NCBI RefSeq assembly: GCF_000181795.1 | Contig: NW_003526943.1 | Coordinates: 5,158,588 to 5,222,587 of the forward strand | DNA from: Trichinella spiralis | Taxonomy: Eukaryota | DNA: 64,000 nt | Direction: 5' to 3' | Part shown: positions 14,147 to 28,923 of the stretch, one piece after another | Layout of the letters: the number at the start of each line of letters is the position of its first letter | How positions within the stretch are numbered: the stretch's first letter is position 1 | Made by a program: the position numbers and the translations under genes | The notes under the pieces: generated by a model | The model's database searches: none | Seen by the model: only the letters and a program-made list of their open reading frames with translations | Told to the model about the DNA's origin: nothing

Positions 14147-15508
14147 TTTTTAAGCGGAAAATAAATTTCAATTACTGTTTGAATTGAATTTTTATGCAAA
14201 CATTTTACTGAGACATGCAAAGCAGAGAAAATTGACTTGCGTTTTTTAATAGAAAATTTCACAAGTTGTGCCCTTGAAACAATGTAATTTGCTGTCCGTT
14301 TATTAATGTTAGTTTTGGAAAAATTGTTCAGTGACGATTTTATATTTTTTACTAAGCAATGTAACTGTTAAGGCAAGTAATTTCACATATTAATCTAAGT
14401 AGCGCTGCATTTAGAAAAAATTCACAAATCACTGTTGTTTGATTGATTTATTAATTTCTTCAAATACAAACATTAAAACAGGTATTCAAATGCATAAGCA
14501 TGAACATGGTATGCACAAAACAACGGTTTTTATTGCAGAAGCAATGTGATTAGCAGTACATGCTGGCAGGCTAAAGTCATATCAATAAAGAAAACATCGT
14601 GAGATTCATTGGTGATATGCAAAGAAGGCTATGTCACCAAATAAAGAAGTCGTTGTATCCGCCACCAGAAAGAAACATTGGAAAATGTGAAAGCAACTCC
14701 TACAGAGGTTCTTGTCGTAAAAGACCCCGCCCACAAAATTCTGAGACTATAAACAACATAAACAGCGTTCGCGATCAACATTAAAAAGGGGTTGTTTTCT
14801 AGTAGACTAAAAGGTAGGGGGGAGGGGCGGATAGATTCGTCCTTGGAGACAAGCAGAAGTTACCGTATGCAAGTAATTATTTCCCTTTGTTCATTTAACG
14901 TTGTCTTTATTTCTCTAGTGGTGTCACAATCGAGTTAATAAATATTATTCAAAACAAAGATTAAAACTAATGAAAATGATCGAAGCGCTACACTTCGTTT
15001 TTAGTATATTTATAATCTTGAAGTGCTACAGCTTATGATTCTTTATAAACTTGTGGTAATCTGATGTGCAAGCTAAAGAATTTCCTTAACCAAATGTTTA
15101 AAATTAAAATTACTGTTTTCGTGTTTCTCAAAGCATTGGTGCTTGTTTTAAATGAATAAACCTTTGATTATTCTTTGAATGGCAAGTATAAATAATGTAT
15201 GAGTGGAAGGAATTCAACAAATCTATTTGAATTTGTTGTCATAAACTGCGCTGATACGTGTGCATTAAATAAATCTGTATTTCATTATAGAAATCTGATA
15301 AAAACCATCATTTTGGAGAAGTTATTTTCATTTTTCATTCATCAGTTGTTAAAAATCATTTTCCCCTAAAAGAAAACACATGCAAACAAACACTCTGATC
15401 ATTCAACTTTTAATGAGTAAAATAAAATTCTAACTGCATTAAAATATTTTCATCTCGACAATTAGAACAAAAAAGAAAATCATAATGCAAACAGTACAAA
15501 TTTCTGAA

Positions 15509-18500
15509 TTAAGACCACAACGTCTCGTCAATGATGTACAAATCCTCCTCAAAGGGTTCATTTAAAAGGTAACCGGAGATGTATTCGACTTTAAAACACT
15601 TCAGTCCTTGTTGAATTAGTTTACCATAAAAGTCCTATAAATAATCAATATTTTCTAAGAACAACCTCAAATATCTCAACGTTTTCAGTTCATTTGATGG
15701 TAATAGGTAAATCTCAAACTCTCTGTATATTTCTACTTTTTTCATGACAATGCTTTACATTTTATAACAGTGTTTTATAATATTATAAAAAAATCTACCT
15801 TCGTAAAATTTAAACTGTTGACATCCACGAAAGCGAAACAACCTTTGGGAGCATCTTCAACCCTGAAATTTGTTACCAATTAAACTTTTCAATTTATCAA
15901 TTTAAAAGCAGAAATTATGTTTACTTTGTGAAAACTTTTCCACCTCCAAAACAAATAAGACGCTCTAATGATTTCTGCTTCGCTGAATCGGCTGCAATAA
16001 ATGCCATCCAACCATCAAAAGCATATCTCTGCTCCTAATTACAATTAACAATTAGCAACAAAAGCAAATTACATCGAATCAACAAAATAATAGAAATTAA
16101 TTGTTTTAATATCTGTGACTTCAACATTGGCGAACACCACCAAAAATCATTATATTGTAAATTTTACTTATGTACTACACAAAATGAAAAAGCATGTTGC
16201 ACTGAAAATTTCTTACTCGCTGAATCTTTTTTCTCCATCTAACAGCCGCTTCAGCCACATCGAGCATCCCAACGTCCACATCATCACCAGAATCACGTAG
16301 AAACTTCGCCCACTCATATTCTTGCTCCTTGAAACATCAGTCAACTCTTGCAAACTGCAAATCTAAAATGTTAAATTAATCAAAAAAAACCCTTACTTCA
16401 ACAAGAAATCCGTGCTGGCGACATGCTTCTACGTAAGCGAATGTGAGTATCCATTTTCCTGTGGCAAGAGCACATAATGCTTTCTCGGTGCGACCAAGAG
16501 TACCTATCAGCAAACATAATTCATGCAAATAACAAAAAAAACAAACTAATAATAAATCTGAAACAAAACTGCTTACAATTAAAGTTTATTTATTTAAAAT
16601 TATTTGTTACATTTATCTCAAGTTCAAAACTTCAAATAAACCATTTGAAAATTCTTACACCACTTATAATAAAAAACATTCCATGCTATTGCTATTATTG
16701 TTATTATGCGATACACAAAACTGTCTACCAAATCATCACCTGCAACAAATCAATACATTCATTACCTGCTATTACATGAGTACAGCTTGGATAAAAATCG
16801 CTGTTCAAAATATATGCCACCTTTAATTCCGAAAATGCCGAAAGTACAATCTGCTTTTGCTACAATGAAATAAAAATTTCCCATGTATACAATGCATACA
16901 AGTTACGTTTAATATTCTACTTGTGAATTCAACGACGTAAATTGAAACAAAAAGTTCTGGTTAACTGGCTATAAAAAAAGTAAGATACTTAACAGATGAA
17001 AAGCAAAAAGTATAAATAAAAACTACTTGTGATGAGTCAAACGTAGACTGCTGCGTTGGTTCATTCTGGGGTTTCAACAACGAGCCAATTCTTTCCCTAG
17101 CAATGCTAAAAGTAAAAATATTTGATACTGCATAAAGTATAAAATTCAATTAAATTATATAGTTATTTTTTGCATTGAAATTTTTGCTGAAGCACTCATA
17201 AAAACAGACTGAAAAAATAATTTTCAAAAAAGTTTCCAAGCAAAAATTTAAAAAAAGTTATCAGCAATAAGCAATTAGCAAAAGCATACCGTTGATTTGG
17301 ATCATCCCAATCTACAGGAGCAATAACGGATTCTTCTTCTAATTCTGGCTCTTTGGAAACAGGCGCTTCAAAAACTGAACTCCCTTGTGCAGATGGATTA
17401 TTGAAAGACTGGTCTGTAACAAAAATGATAAAAATTTACTTATAGCAACATTTAAAAAAATTTGCATTTTGCAGTTGAAAAAACAGATAATATAGGAATG
17501 TTTTACAGAACAAAATTTATTATTTGAAATGAGATAGTACTCAAAATGTTCCCTTATTCAATTATTTACATTTCCTCTGTTGGAATAAATTTAATTTTGT
17601 TCAATCAGTTTAAAAATTATTTATCATGAAACAACAAAACGCTTACCAATGAATTCATAATATTAATGTAAAATTAAATATGAGATAGAATATACCATTT
17701 ACCAAAATACTCCTCTACTGCAGGTTTTTGATCCAACACTGAACGTAAATGTCGCTTCAAGCTCGCTCTTAAATCATCCTCAGCAGGATCCTACAATCAA
17801 AATGGAAAACTACTGCATCCAGCAGCAATCGTTAAATGCAAATTAAAAAAATACTGAAGCTCTGCATCGCTTCTGTAATACAAATGTCGGTTCTTCATTA
17901 TCACTGCCATCAGTTGTACGCAATGGCCATTTCTGAAAACAGCGTTTATTTTTCGTCCGAAGAGGACCTGGGGTAGGTGCCATAATCTGTGAAAACTTCA
18001 TTTAGATACTGCATAGCTGTGCAAAAGATAAAATATTGATTACTGGTAAATGCAAGTCAGATGTATAAGTAGGAGGATAACCGGACTCAGAAACTCGGCA
18101 TCCCCGAATCTTGCACTGCAATAATTACTGTTAATAGACGCCACATAGGCTTAAAAATTGTTTCCTTACTTGATAAAGCCATCTTGGATGCACCAAAGCG
18201 CAACCTGCTTCTATTGCCTTGTACCCTTCACGAGTTTTTTCCACGTTTGTCCCCTGAGAAAAAGAAATTCAATGAATATTTCATTGCAATATACATGAAT
18301 AAAAATTTACTTGACAAATAAAATGCGTGCAGGAAGGATCAAAGTGCCAGCAATAAAAACCGCCAAGCTGAATGACCAGTTGATGCAATTCCATCTGCAG
18401 ATGAAGCAAATCCGAACTAACAACAATCACCACACCACTGAGTGGCTTGTAAGACCGTTGCCCTTCGGTGCTTTCTTCTGCTACATTACTCAGCTAAGAG

Positions 18501-21500
18501 AAAACAGCATTACTGAACAATCAACAAATGCATGCAAATTAACAATATACCATGCTTGATTCCATTGAGACACTAAAATCTGGCCGCTCTTCATCCGTGC
18601 CTCCTTCAACTGCGCTGGTGAAGCGAGCCGCTTTGCCCAAGTTTTGCTCAAAAAGCACGTCTGTTTCCTGTACCAACATAATTTTTCACCATCGCATTAC
18701 AATTGATAACAAAGTAAATACATAAAATACCAAAGATGAAGATAATGTTTTTTCTGATTGAAAAGAATCTCCAAAATCGAACTTTGCTCGATATGCTGTT
18801 TTATTCAAAAAACTGTAAGATCCATCCCAAACTGTTTCCAACTGCGAAAGGTCCCTCTTCGAACTAGCCACTTTCTGAAAAAAGTTAAATGAATGAAAAT
18901 TTTGCATTTAAGCATTAAACAAAATTATAAATATGATATTTAAAAAATTTTCACGTGAATAAAAAAAATAATGTAAAATAATATTTTCACCGGTGGATTG
19001 TCTTCATCTTCTGTTTGAATGGGTTTCAAATCTGAATCACTGCCCGTAACATCTTAAACAAATCAGTAAATAAGAAATATTCTTAAAAAAATACACACGT
19101 GAAACCTTTGGATTTTGGTTCAGAAGTGGACTGTTGATCAAAAGAATGCTGATTTGGCTGATAAATGCTTTCTTCAATTTTCACTCTGGTTCTTATACAA
19201 TCAGAAAGCCACTGCAATGTCATGCAAGGAATATTCCACTTCTTCGCGGCTTCGTATTTGTTTCCTTCAGCAATTTTGACAATCAAATGAGTCGTGGCAA
19301 GAAATTTTTTATCTGGTTTCGCTTGGCGACACATGTAATTTTGAATTCTGAAAAAAAATTTTCCAAATGATTTGATATTTGAAATCTGAACAAAAAGCAT
19401 TCATACATTGCAACAAAAAATCCATCATATATAAAATAATAATGATAAACTTTCTTCTTCATAGCTCTATTTAAAAGATAATTTGTGATATCTGCTAAAT
19501 TATTACAGCATCGACAGACTGACTGAGAAATTTTTCGATAGGCAGTTGTCAAAGAAAACCAATAACATAATAAAATTGGAAAACAATAACTCACTTAGCA
19601 CCGGCACGTGTACCACCTAAAGTAAGCACATCACGCTCTGTGGAACTGAACCCGCTGAAACAAATAACACAATCACTCAGTGGTTTTGCTGTGTCGGGAA
19701 GAAAAATTGGCCGAAACAGAATGTCATCCCGTAAGGATAATAATTTCTTTTCGCTAATGCAAGCTTTCTAAATTAAAAATAATAAGATCAATCCATTAAT
19801 AAAATTATAAGATACAAACTCACAATCCAATAGTCGGAGACCCAGACTGTCTCTGTTGGAACTGAATCTGCACGATTCGCCCAGGGCAAGAAAGCAACAC
19901 TACTAACCCATGGTAATACGGCAAAATCGGCAAACTTTGAAACCAAAGTTCCTTTAAAGCAAAAATTACACATATAATAATAAGTATTAATTTAAAATAA
20001 TAAATTAGTAAAGAAAACAGAACAAAGTTACTCTGCTCGCTCACCTCCAAATAATTTAATACATTCTGAAAGCTCTTCTTCTTTATCTGCATCGAATCCA
20101 GCGAGGAAAAATGACTTTCCCGCCAGTAGCGGTTGATTACCATCTGCTTGATCATTGACACTGGCCATTTCGACACATGAAGATGACGATGTTGCAGTAG
20201 GTGTAATTAAAGTGTCAGAAATTGCTGTCTCTTCATTGGGGATATCTAAATTTAAAGAAAAAAACAAATATAAAGTAGAATAAACAAATCACACAAAATA
20301 ATCCCCTTTACCAACTTCATTTTCCACAAATGGCGCTTCTCCAACATTGTCAACCAAATATGTTAACATGATATTTTCTATTGCAGCTTTTTCTTCGAAA
20401 TTTTTTTCCACAAACGGATCTGCAACCGGGGCCTCAACACTGAAATATCCCAAAAGTTTGTCAAGACGAGAATAAAGAATTAAATAAAAAAAAGAAAATA
20501 TGCACTTTTCAACAACTTCTTCTTCTTGATTTTGTTCAATTTTTGACCCAACCATGCCACTTTCCAATTGTTCCAATAAATCAGCATAAATTTGATGAAC
20601 GAATTCACTCTCATCCAACTTTCGTCCACTTTTGAAACAATGCAAAAGCCAAGGACCACGAACCACAAAACAGCCTCGCAAATCCCGACCTTTGAGCAAA
20701 TTGGCCACCGTATTCACGTCAATTACATCGCCAATCACGGCATGCGTGATTTCACTGTCAATCGACGCTAATACACCGCCGCAAAAATCGACATATTTTT
20801 CAAGCTTACTAGTCAAATCCGAGCTGAAACCATAAAGCCACACTTTGCAGCCTTCCAAGCAACTACTCGTTTCAGTGATGCTGCTTTCAAATAAATCTGA
20901 TGAATTTCCGTCAATTGTACTCATTACTAAAGAAAAAAAAACAATGGAATTGATTGAATAAACAATATTTAAATCAATATTTACTACTACGTTGACTGGC
21001 TGCAGGAGTGACACGGCAGATTTTCGTTTCTTCTACTTGTGAGGGATCTGCACTACTTGATTCTTTATCCATCATATCAGAAGGTACAACAGAATTTATG
21101 GATGCGCCTCTTATAGAACTGCAGTTCGGTTCCAAGAATACCAAGCGTCCTAAAAACAAAACAATTAACAAATAATTATTTATAAAACAAAACGAATCAT
21201 CTTATCCTTCGGACAATTGCAAACAACTAAATTACAGCATATATTACAGCAATTTATCTCTGCAATGTAAAACAATCAAATGTCTCACTTTTGGTGAAAC
21301 TGGAGTTTGGGGTGGAGCAAACCATCTTTTTTTTTCTCGATTTTGTTGGATCTTGCACTTCAAAATCTTCTTCCTGTAAACAATGTCCAGCGAGACAACT
21401 TTTATGAATCCAATCCACAGTTACAATTTTAATAACGTTATCTGTCCATAATTTAGCAATTTTATATTTTTCACCTAAAAACTGCTGACATGCAATGGAC

Positions 21501-22884
21501 AACAGCTTTTCAAATTACCAACATACTTTTAGTTGTATTAGTAACCAAGTGACTTGTTTCATTTTGTTTCATAATTCCAGAGAATACGCCACCTAAGCGA
21601 AAAGAAATTTCAACTTGTACATAATAACTAGATAAAATCATTGTTTAAAAATTTTCAAAATATGTGGCGTTTATACGTTCACAATAAAACGTCACACGAA
21701 TGTTACCGTTTTTCTCAATAAGTTCCCGTAATTTTGCTCTTTCAGATGCAACAAAGCCAGAAACAGTAATTGTGAGACCAGTAAATGCCAAGCATTTGTA
21801 ATTTTCTGTGAAAGTTGGATCAGCTGCTACAAATTTTTCTTTATAACGATTCTTCCAAGCCATTTTTACCCACTCTGGAGTTAGAATTGGTACTTTTCCG
21901 CATGCAGCCTTAAATTATAGTACTTAAAGCTGAGTTTCACTTTGCTTCAGTTATTTACTCTATATTTAAGTGAGCCCACTTCTGCAGCAATGAGAAAATC
22001 ACATTTTGAAGTCATCGATCTGGAAACCGAGCCGCCCATCCACAAAATCATATCATGAAGTTTATCCTACAGAACAGTGATCACGAATGATATAAATAAA
22101 ACTTTCATAAATATTCCAAAAGAAAAGTTACATTTAAAAAAATTAATACAAAAACGTACTCTTACAGAACGTTCCACATTGGTACATGAAACTGTAACGT
22201 TTTCCATTACACGGCAAAAGTAATGAATTCTATTCTTTGGAAGTGGCTAAAAAATGTGATGAAAATAATGCTGCAATAATTACTCCAGACACTTACAACG
22301 CAGTTGTTTATGCAAAACAGCAAAACTGGAGGTCCGTAGATACTAAAAAAAGTTAAATTTCGAATAAAGTTTCAATCATAAGAACATCCTTCATACCGGC
22401 AATTCAAATAGCGAAGATGCTCAAAAGCTTCACCATAAAAATCATAAAAAATAAATACATGTTTTACATGTTTCTCTATCTGCATGCATTCTTCTTCGGT
22501 AATCCATGTTATGGTATGATTAAGCTCGCACAGCGTCTAAAATACTTTTTTTAAGATTTCGCATTATCGTCTCAACAGGCGGCGTTACAAAAAAAATGAA
22601 TAAAATTTGCATTTTCATAGGTTCATTAATAAATACAACAGAATTCTCTCATCAATAATAACAAATAACTTACACGGTTTACTAAAAGCAACGTATAATG
22701 AAACTGTAGCAAGACGCTTTAAAAATTATAAATTATCTTCAATAATGACATGTTAAAAGTTACTTACATTGTAAATATTCTCCAATGTCAAAATGGCATT
22801 CTCTTTAAATAATTTCGGTCGAACAATCCGAATTACAATGTTAGGTCTTTCTTCTAATGAAGCAGAAGTACCAGAAGATGACAT
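15509..22884 (-). CDS. TOPBP1: Multi-BRCT scaffold, TOPBP1/Mus101-like, many exons
   Basis: Repeated BRCT motifs: WMGGSVS..VDFLIAAEVGSLKY, AFTGLTITVSGF, KIVTVDWI, THLIVKIAEGNKYEAAKKWNIPCMTLQWL, RTEKALCALATGKWILT. ATG at 22884; last exon ends ..IDETLWS* at 15509. Confidence 0.88.
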
Positions 22885-23748
22885 GATACTCCCAAATTAA
22901 GAAAAAACAATAAACTAAAACTCTTAATAAAATTTACAGTAAAATATTTTCAAGGACATATTTTTTGAATTGTTACAGTAATCAGAAATATTTTAATTGA
23001 CGATAACCTTATTTTTGTAAATTAATTTTTTTTAATTTAATTATATTAAATGTGCATGATAATTATTTTAATACATACTTTGCAATTTTTTCCATATTTT
23101 AAATGTTTCATTGGAGTGGTTGCTTATAGTTCATCAACCAATGAAGGTAAGAGATAAATGAATACACTGAATAGTTTGATCTTTGCAAATTTAAGTAAAT
23201 GCCTGATCATTTCCTCAAAATTATATCTATCATCAAGTTTCTTAACTTGATACCACTGCATTTTCAATACAAATTTTGAAAATATGAGCTTGTCAACTGC
23301 AAACAGTAATTATATTTATGCTTTTTAATCATTTATATCCGCATCTCAGCGCATATTTCAATGATTTGCTTGAAATAAATTATAATTTTAAATTATTTTT
23401 ATATTACCATTGGTTAATTTATCGTATATTTGCCGAATTGTTAATAAATGCTAACGTGAATTTTAATTTTTACCAGTTGGAGAAAAATTTGCCACAATTT
23501 CAGCGCATAATTTGGTTATTTAATATTTGATTTTCATCATGCTTGATCATTTGTAATTAATTGATAAATTATCAACTGCAATGATTCAAACAGAACTTCG
23601 TTGTGCGCAATTCTTTTCTTCCTGAACATCATTTTTATGACATCTGTAGACAGTCTTTTACCAGCCGAAAGTGAGGAGTGATTTTTGTTTAACGATTTCT
23701 TCAATTTGAGGTGCTTTTTTCAGTTTGTTGTATTCTAATGAAATTCAG

Positions 23749-26700
23749 ATGGTCAGCACGGAATTCGCTTGCATGATGGCGGATTCGCCGAGCCGTAACG
23801 TGACCGTGGTTGATATATACGATTTGGCCGCGGTGATTGGCAAAGATTTTGAACGCTTGATCGAACTTTTTGGCAGTGAAAATTTCGTCAGTTTGCTTCC
23901 AAAAGTTGGAATTGCTTCTTTTTCTTTTTATTTTATGAAATACATAATTTAAAATTGCCAAATTTGAATTGTTGTTTCATTCGCGTAGGTGATATCGGCG
24001 TTGGAATTGTTGGAATCATTCGCTGGCCGGAATGAACGAGAAAATCAAGAAATTGACCGCTTGAAATGCGCGGTGGAACGTCTGGAGGCGGAAAAACGCG
24101 AAAGAAAAGAAGGCGTTTTGAAATTTCAACAGGTATTCATTTATTGATGTTAATTATTGAAATTGTTCATTCATATCAATTATTACAGCTGTTATTATTC
24201 TTTTATGATTTATGTGAACGTCATTTATTTCTGAGGGCAGTTTTCTTTTGACCTGTAAACTTGTTTGCGTCCCCTTTTGTTCAGGGTAATTTGCAATGAC
24301 AGAAACTTGAAATTGCACTGAATAGCGAGGGTGTGGATTTTGAACAACTGTCGCTTTGTTTGATTGAATTTGGAACATGTTGCAGATGTAGATTATTCAG
24401 CTGATTCTGTGACCAATTTATAAGTTGAGTACATATTTGTAAAAGCTTGATAAGCCGATTATTTTCAACCAAGCTTTGCAATTCCTAGCAGAACATGGTA
24501 TTTGCAGGAAGCATTGTTTGTGTGAATGTGCAGGAATTTTTTGTTTCCTTCATTTCTGCTTCTGCATTGATCATCTTGAGAAAAATTTCTCTCAATGGAA
24601 TGTTTTTGAGCTTTTGTTCTTTTCTTTTTTTTATTTTAATCCCAACAACAGCGCTTTATTGAAATTCTGCATAATTGTGGGCTACTGTTGCGTGCATTTT
24701 GAATAATCTTCTTTAGAAGATGACGACTTTCTTCTCCATCTTTCCCTTTTAATTGCAGAAAGCAGAATTTATGGTGAATTTTTATTCAATAAAATCGATC
24801 CAATTAAAATTGCACACTGTTGCCTGCAATTGTTGGAAGTGGTTAAATTTGAAACATCATCCGAGGCAGATCGATGATTGGAATTGGAAAAATCTCTAAA
24901 CTGCCTGCTTCTGCTGAACGATGAAGATGAACAGTTTGACATTTTTCTGCTTTCAACAATTTCTCGTTGGCTTTTCATTTCTAATCATAATGACAAAGTG
25001 GAAATTTTTGAAAAGAAAATTGAAATTTCATTTTTGTAATAAAAAAAAACGAATAATATATCAAATTCATTAACTATAGTATTCATTTTCCTGATGACTA
25101 ATGAGCTAATTTTACATTATATATGTATTAATATTCCAAAGAATATCAACTTGTTGTTGTATTTTTAAATTGAAAAGTGGAATTTCTAAGTTTAGTTATT
25201 TCTAATTATTAATATCACATATTCAATGTCAATTTTATAATATCAATGTGGAATATATTGATTACATCCAAAATTTTTAAATTAATTTTACTGTTTAAGT
25301 TTTTATTTTACTTTTGAAATTTCATCGCAGTCCATATACAATAATAGGCTATTGTTATTTAGGAATTGGAAGCTATTGAGGAAAATTACAAAGCTGAAAT
25401 TCATCATTCATTGGAAATGGTGAGAAAATTGCAAGAGGAAAACAAAAGACTTTGTCAAACAATCGAATCCAAAGAATGCTCTCCTGTCGAAAGTAAGTGC
25501 AAATTGTTTTGGTGACATTTTCAAAAATTGTTCTACATATTATTTGAATATTTGAAAATTGAACAATCAAATGTGAAATCAATAATACAAGATGTACGGT
25601 GTTCATTTGATCATTCTTGGGATAATTAATGTTTAACTTTAGCAGTGCCGAATGCAGCAGCATTGATTTAAGATTATAAACATTGGATAAATAACAATAT
25701 TATCCTTACTGTTGCTAATTTCCCTTGATGACTGTGCAATTAATTAATCAGCGTGATGTTTTGGTATTTTATTTTTCTCTTGGCAAATTATACTTTCATT
25801 TGCGGTGACATTTGTTGATTTTATTTGAACTTTAGTTTGCAAAAATTAGCTGATTGTTATGATTAAAAATTTACAACATTTTCGAAAAGCTTCTTTTCAG
25901 CGTTTCGGTCGGATGATATTGAAAAAATATTGAATTTGAGCTGCACTGTTGAACAGCAAAGAAATCGCATCAAAATAATTGAAAAAGAATTCGAAGAAAA
26001 AACAACAGAAACAGAAAAAGTACACTTTGATTTTATTATAATTTTTGCTTGATTTGTGATTCAAAAAAAGAAATACTTGTTGAGATAGATAGATTAATTT
26101 TACAAATTTATATTAGCCAAATTAAAAATTATACATGTATTTTAGAAGTAGTATATCATAATAGTTTTAAGATGCGGAAACGGAATATAATCGTTTTTTA
26201 ATGAAATGGAATGAAATATTTTTAGCTGCTCGATGATGTAGATCGTCTGCAGCGTGTTAACAAAGAATTAGCGCGTAGATATAAAGCAGTTCGAAGCCAG
26301 GGTCAGACTTTGGTAGAAGAAAAGACGGAAATGATTTGCGCTTTGCAAGATGCTGAAAAATGTATAACCGAGCTACGTGCCAAGTTGGGCGAAACGGAAA
26401 AAGCACAGAAAGATTTGCAAGAAATTCAAGTATCATATTATTTATTCTTTTTGTTATTTTATTATTTATAACTTTGAAATTCAGTCTGAGGTGGATAATG
26501 ACCATGTGCCGAGATTTACACTGGCTGAACTACGCGAAGTACTCCAAGAGAAAAATCACCTCAAAGCTAAAGTAATGGAATTAGAAGAAGAATTATCCCA
26601 ACTTAGACCGCCTTGTAATGATGATAGCGAATCGAAAAGGTTAGTTGGGGAACTTTGCTCATATTTTTTCATTTCGAATAATTTATAAAGAAAATATAAA

Positions 26701-27045
26701 GTGAATTTTTAAACACTGTGTTGTCATGCTAAATAAAATTCATTGAAACAAAAATTGTTGATTTAATTTAATTAGCATTATTTTGTTGCACAGTTGATAT
26801 AACAGAGTCGATTTTCACATTAGCTGAAACGTTTGCTTTAGTGGTGCAAGCAGTGATGAAGTGCTGGTATATGGCCCTATAAATAAGGAACCGGAAGAGA
26901 AGCTTTATCCAGAAAAGTATCGCAGAAAAGAATCGGGTATTCGTCGCTTGTGAGTGCAACAATACAGAATTTAAAAGAAAACAAATTCAGATTCGAATGT
27001 TCACATTGTCTTTTTAGTTTCCGATTAGTGGGAAGTGGTCAATAA
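23749..27045 (+). CDS. RILPL1: RILP-like protein with RH1 and RH2 domains
   Basis: RH1-type VTVVDIYDLAAVIGKDFERLIELFG..LLPKVISALELLE, RH2-type PRFTLAELREVLQEKNHLKAK and C-terminal VYGPINKEPEEKL..ESGIRRFF. The start may be 23749 or 23773. Confidence 0.85.
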
Positions 27046-28923
27046 AGCGGTTCATCACCAAGACGGCCAGTAGTGGACTTGACGAAAAAGTAATATGTTG
27101 CCAAATTGTATATTATTGTCATTTTAAATTATAAATTATATTCCTATCTTCCATATTTTTGAGTAAGAATTTTATTGCGTGATATGCAATGTTGATATGG
27201 GAATTTTACAAATTAATTTTCTTTAACAAGTGTGTCATGTGTCAAACTGTGATGTAGACATGTGCGATTCAGAGTATAATTTTCAGTTTTTCAATTACGT
27301 TTGACCTTTTGCTCTCCATGACAGCTTGAAATTCTGATGACAGTACGATGTTTTTCTTTTGTTAATCTGTTTGTGCATGTTACTTTGAATTGAAATATAT
27401 TAAAAAAAAGAAATTGACAATTTTGGCATAAAGTAGATTTTTCTCAAGCTCGTAAGATGCAAAATTTGTATAAAAAACTGATCTTCTGTTCAAAAAAGAA
27501 GAACAATTTTGACTGAGCGAATAGCAGTACTGTTCATGATTCATACTGTGGTCTTAATATATTTGTAAAAAATAAAAAAGGATTATTTAATAAAATGAAT
27601 TGAATTTAATTAAAATTATAATAATTTAAACTTTATGTGTAATTACAGTATACTTTTTTAAAAAAGTATTCCTACAGCAGGAAGATTACAATTAATACTT
27701 TATTATTTTTAAACTGTAAAAGTAGTTGGTGCAATTTTATTGTGTACAAAATTTGCTTCGGAAGCAAAAGTAAACAAAATTCTGCATTTTCAACCGATTC
27801 TTCTTAAATTAAAATATTAAAATTGTAAATGAAATTATTTTATTGAAAATTTACCTTCGAGGTGTGATAAACGAATTCGATAAACTATACTGATGAAAAC
27901 GATCTTCACAATGAGAAATGTATTTGAATGAAAAATGACCATGTGATGCGGATGAAAATTTTCAATTTTATTTATCAAATATTTTAATGTTGCATTTGCG
28001 AAACTTTTCTTCACGCAAGATGAAATTAATATTGAACGGTCGTTGTGGGTGTTTCATTTGAAAAATGAAATAGGTGTAAGTTTTAGCGTTTGAAAAGAAA
28101 ACGTCTTCGGCAATTCTACCTGCATATTGATAAATTCTCTACAGAATGTCAAATGTGTTTATCAGCGTTAGCGGTGTTGCATCATGCCGGAGCCGGTGAG
28201 TCAGTCGACGGCCGGCGACGTTTGCGGCTTAAAGCGTGGTTTGCCAGTTTTCGCTCGTTCGGCCGGGCATGTGCAGAAATTTTCACTCTACTTTGCGATG
28301 GAATTGCAGGCAATTTGTGAAAATTTGACAGTCGTCTCCGGTACGTTGTAAACAAGGCTAACCAACCGGTCGCTTTGGAGAAATAATCAATTATTTGACT
28401 TCGGCTTGGTGTGGTAAACAGCTTTTCTCGCTCGGCCAAGCTTTGCCCGGTTTTATATTGGAGGATCGATTAACGAATTGTTGCTCATCGGGCAGAATTG
28501 GGCGTTGTGTATTTTGTTTTTTTTACTGCAATAGGTTGAAATTTATCATTTTTCAAAATCAGTGATCAGGAATATTTTCCTGCAGTTTGCAGGTCTGTAT
28601 TCTTACTGTCGTCAACAGCAGTAGCTGAATAAAGGTGAAGCGGTTTTTTTTTCCACTTGTCGACAATATAATTCTTCTGCCCGTACCAATATAGGCCAGG
28701 TGACAAGGAAGTTTTTATACGGTAAAAATTGGACTTGATGGAAAAGCGCTGAAACTGTGAAAAATGCACTCCTTCTCTCACGCATGTATCGATTTTGAAA
28801 AGGCAATAAAAGGAAGTTTTTTTCTTCTCAGACGGGATTTCATCGTTGATCACTGTTAATTTGTTTTTCAGACAATATAGATATAGATATATATATACAT
28901 GCATATATTTGTACGCAAAGTTT

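Noticed and set aside
14716..14800. RNase MRP-like P4 motifs (gtaaaagacccc ... aaggggttg)
   Set aside because: The spacing of about 60 nt is too short and the other conserved regions are not evident.
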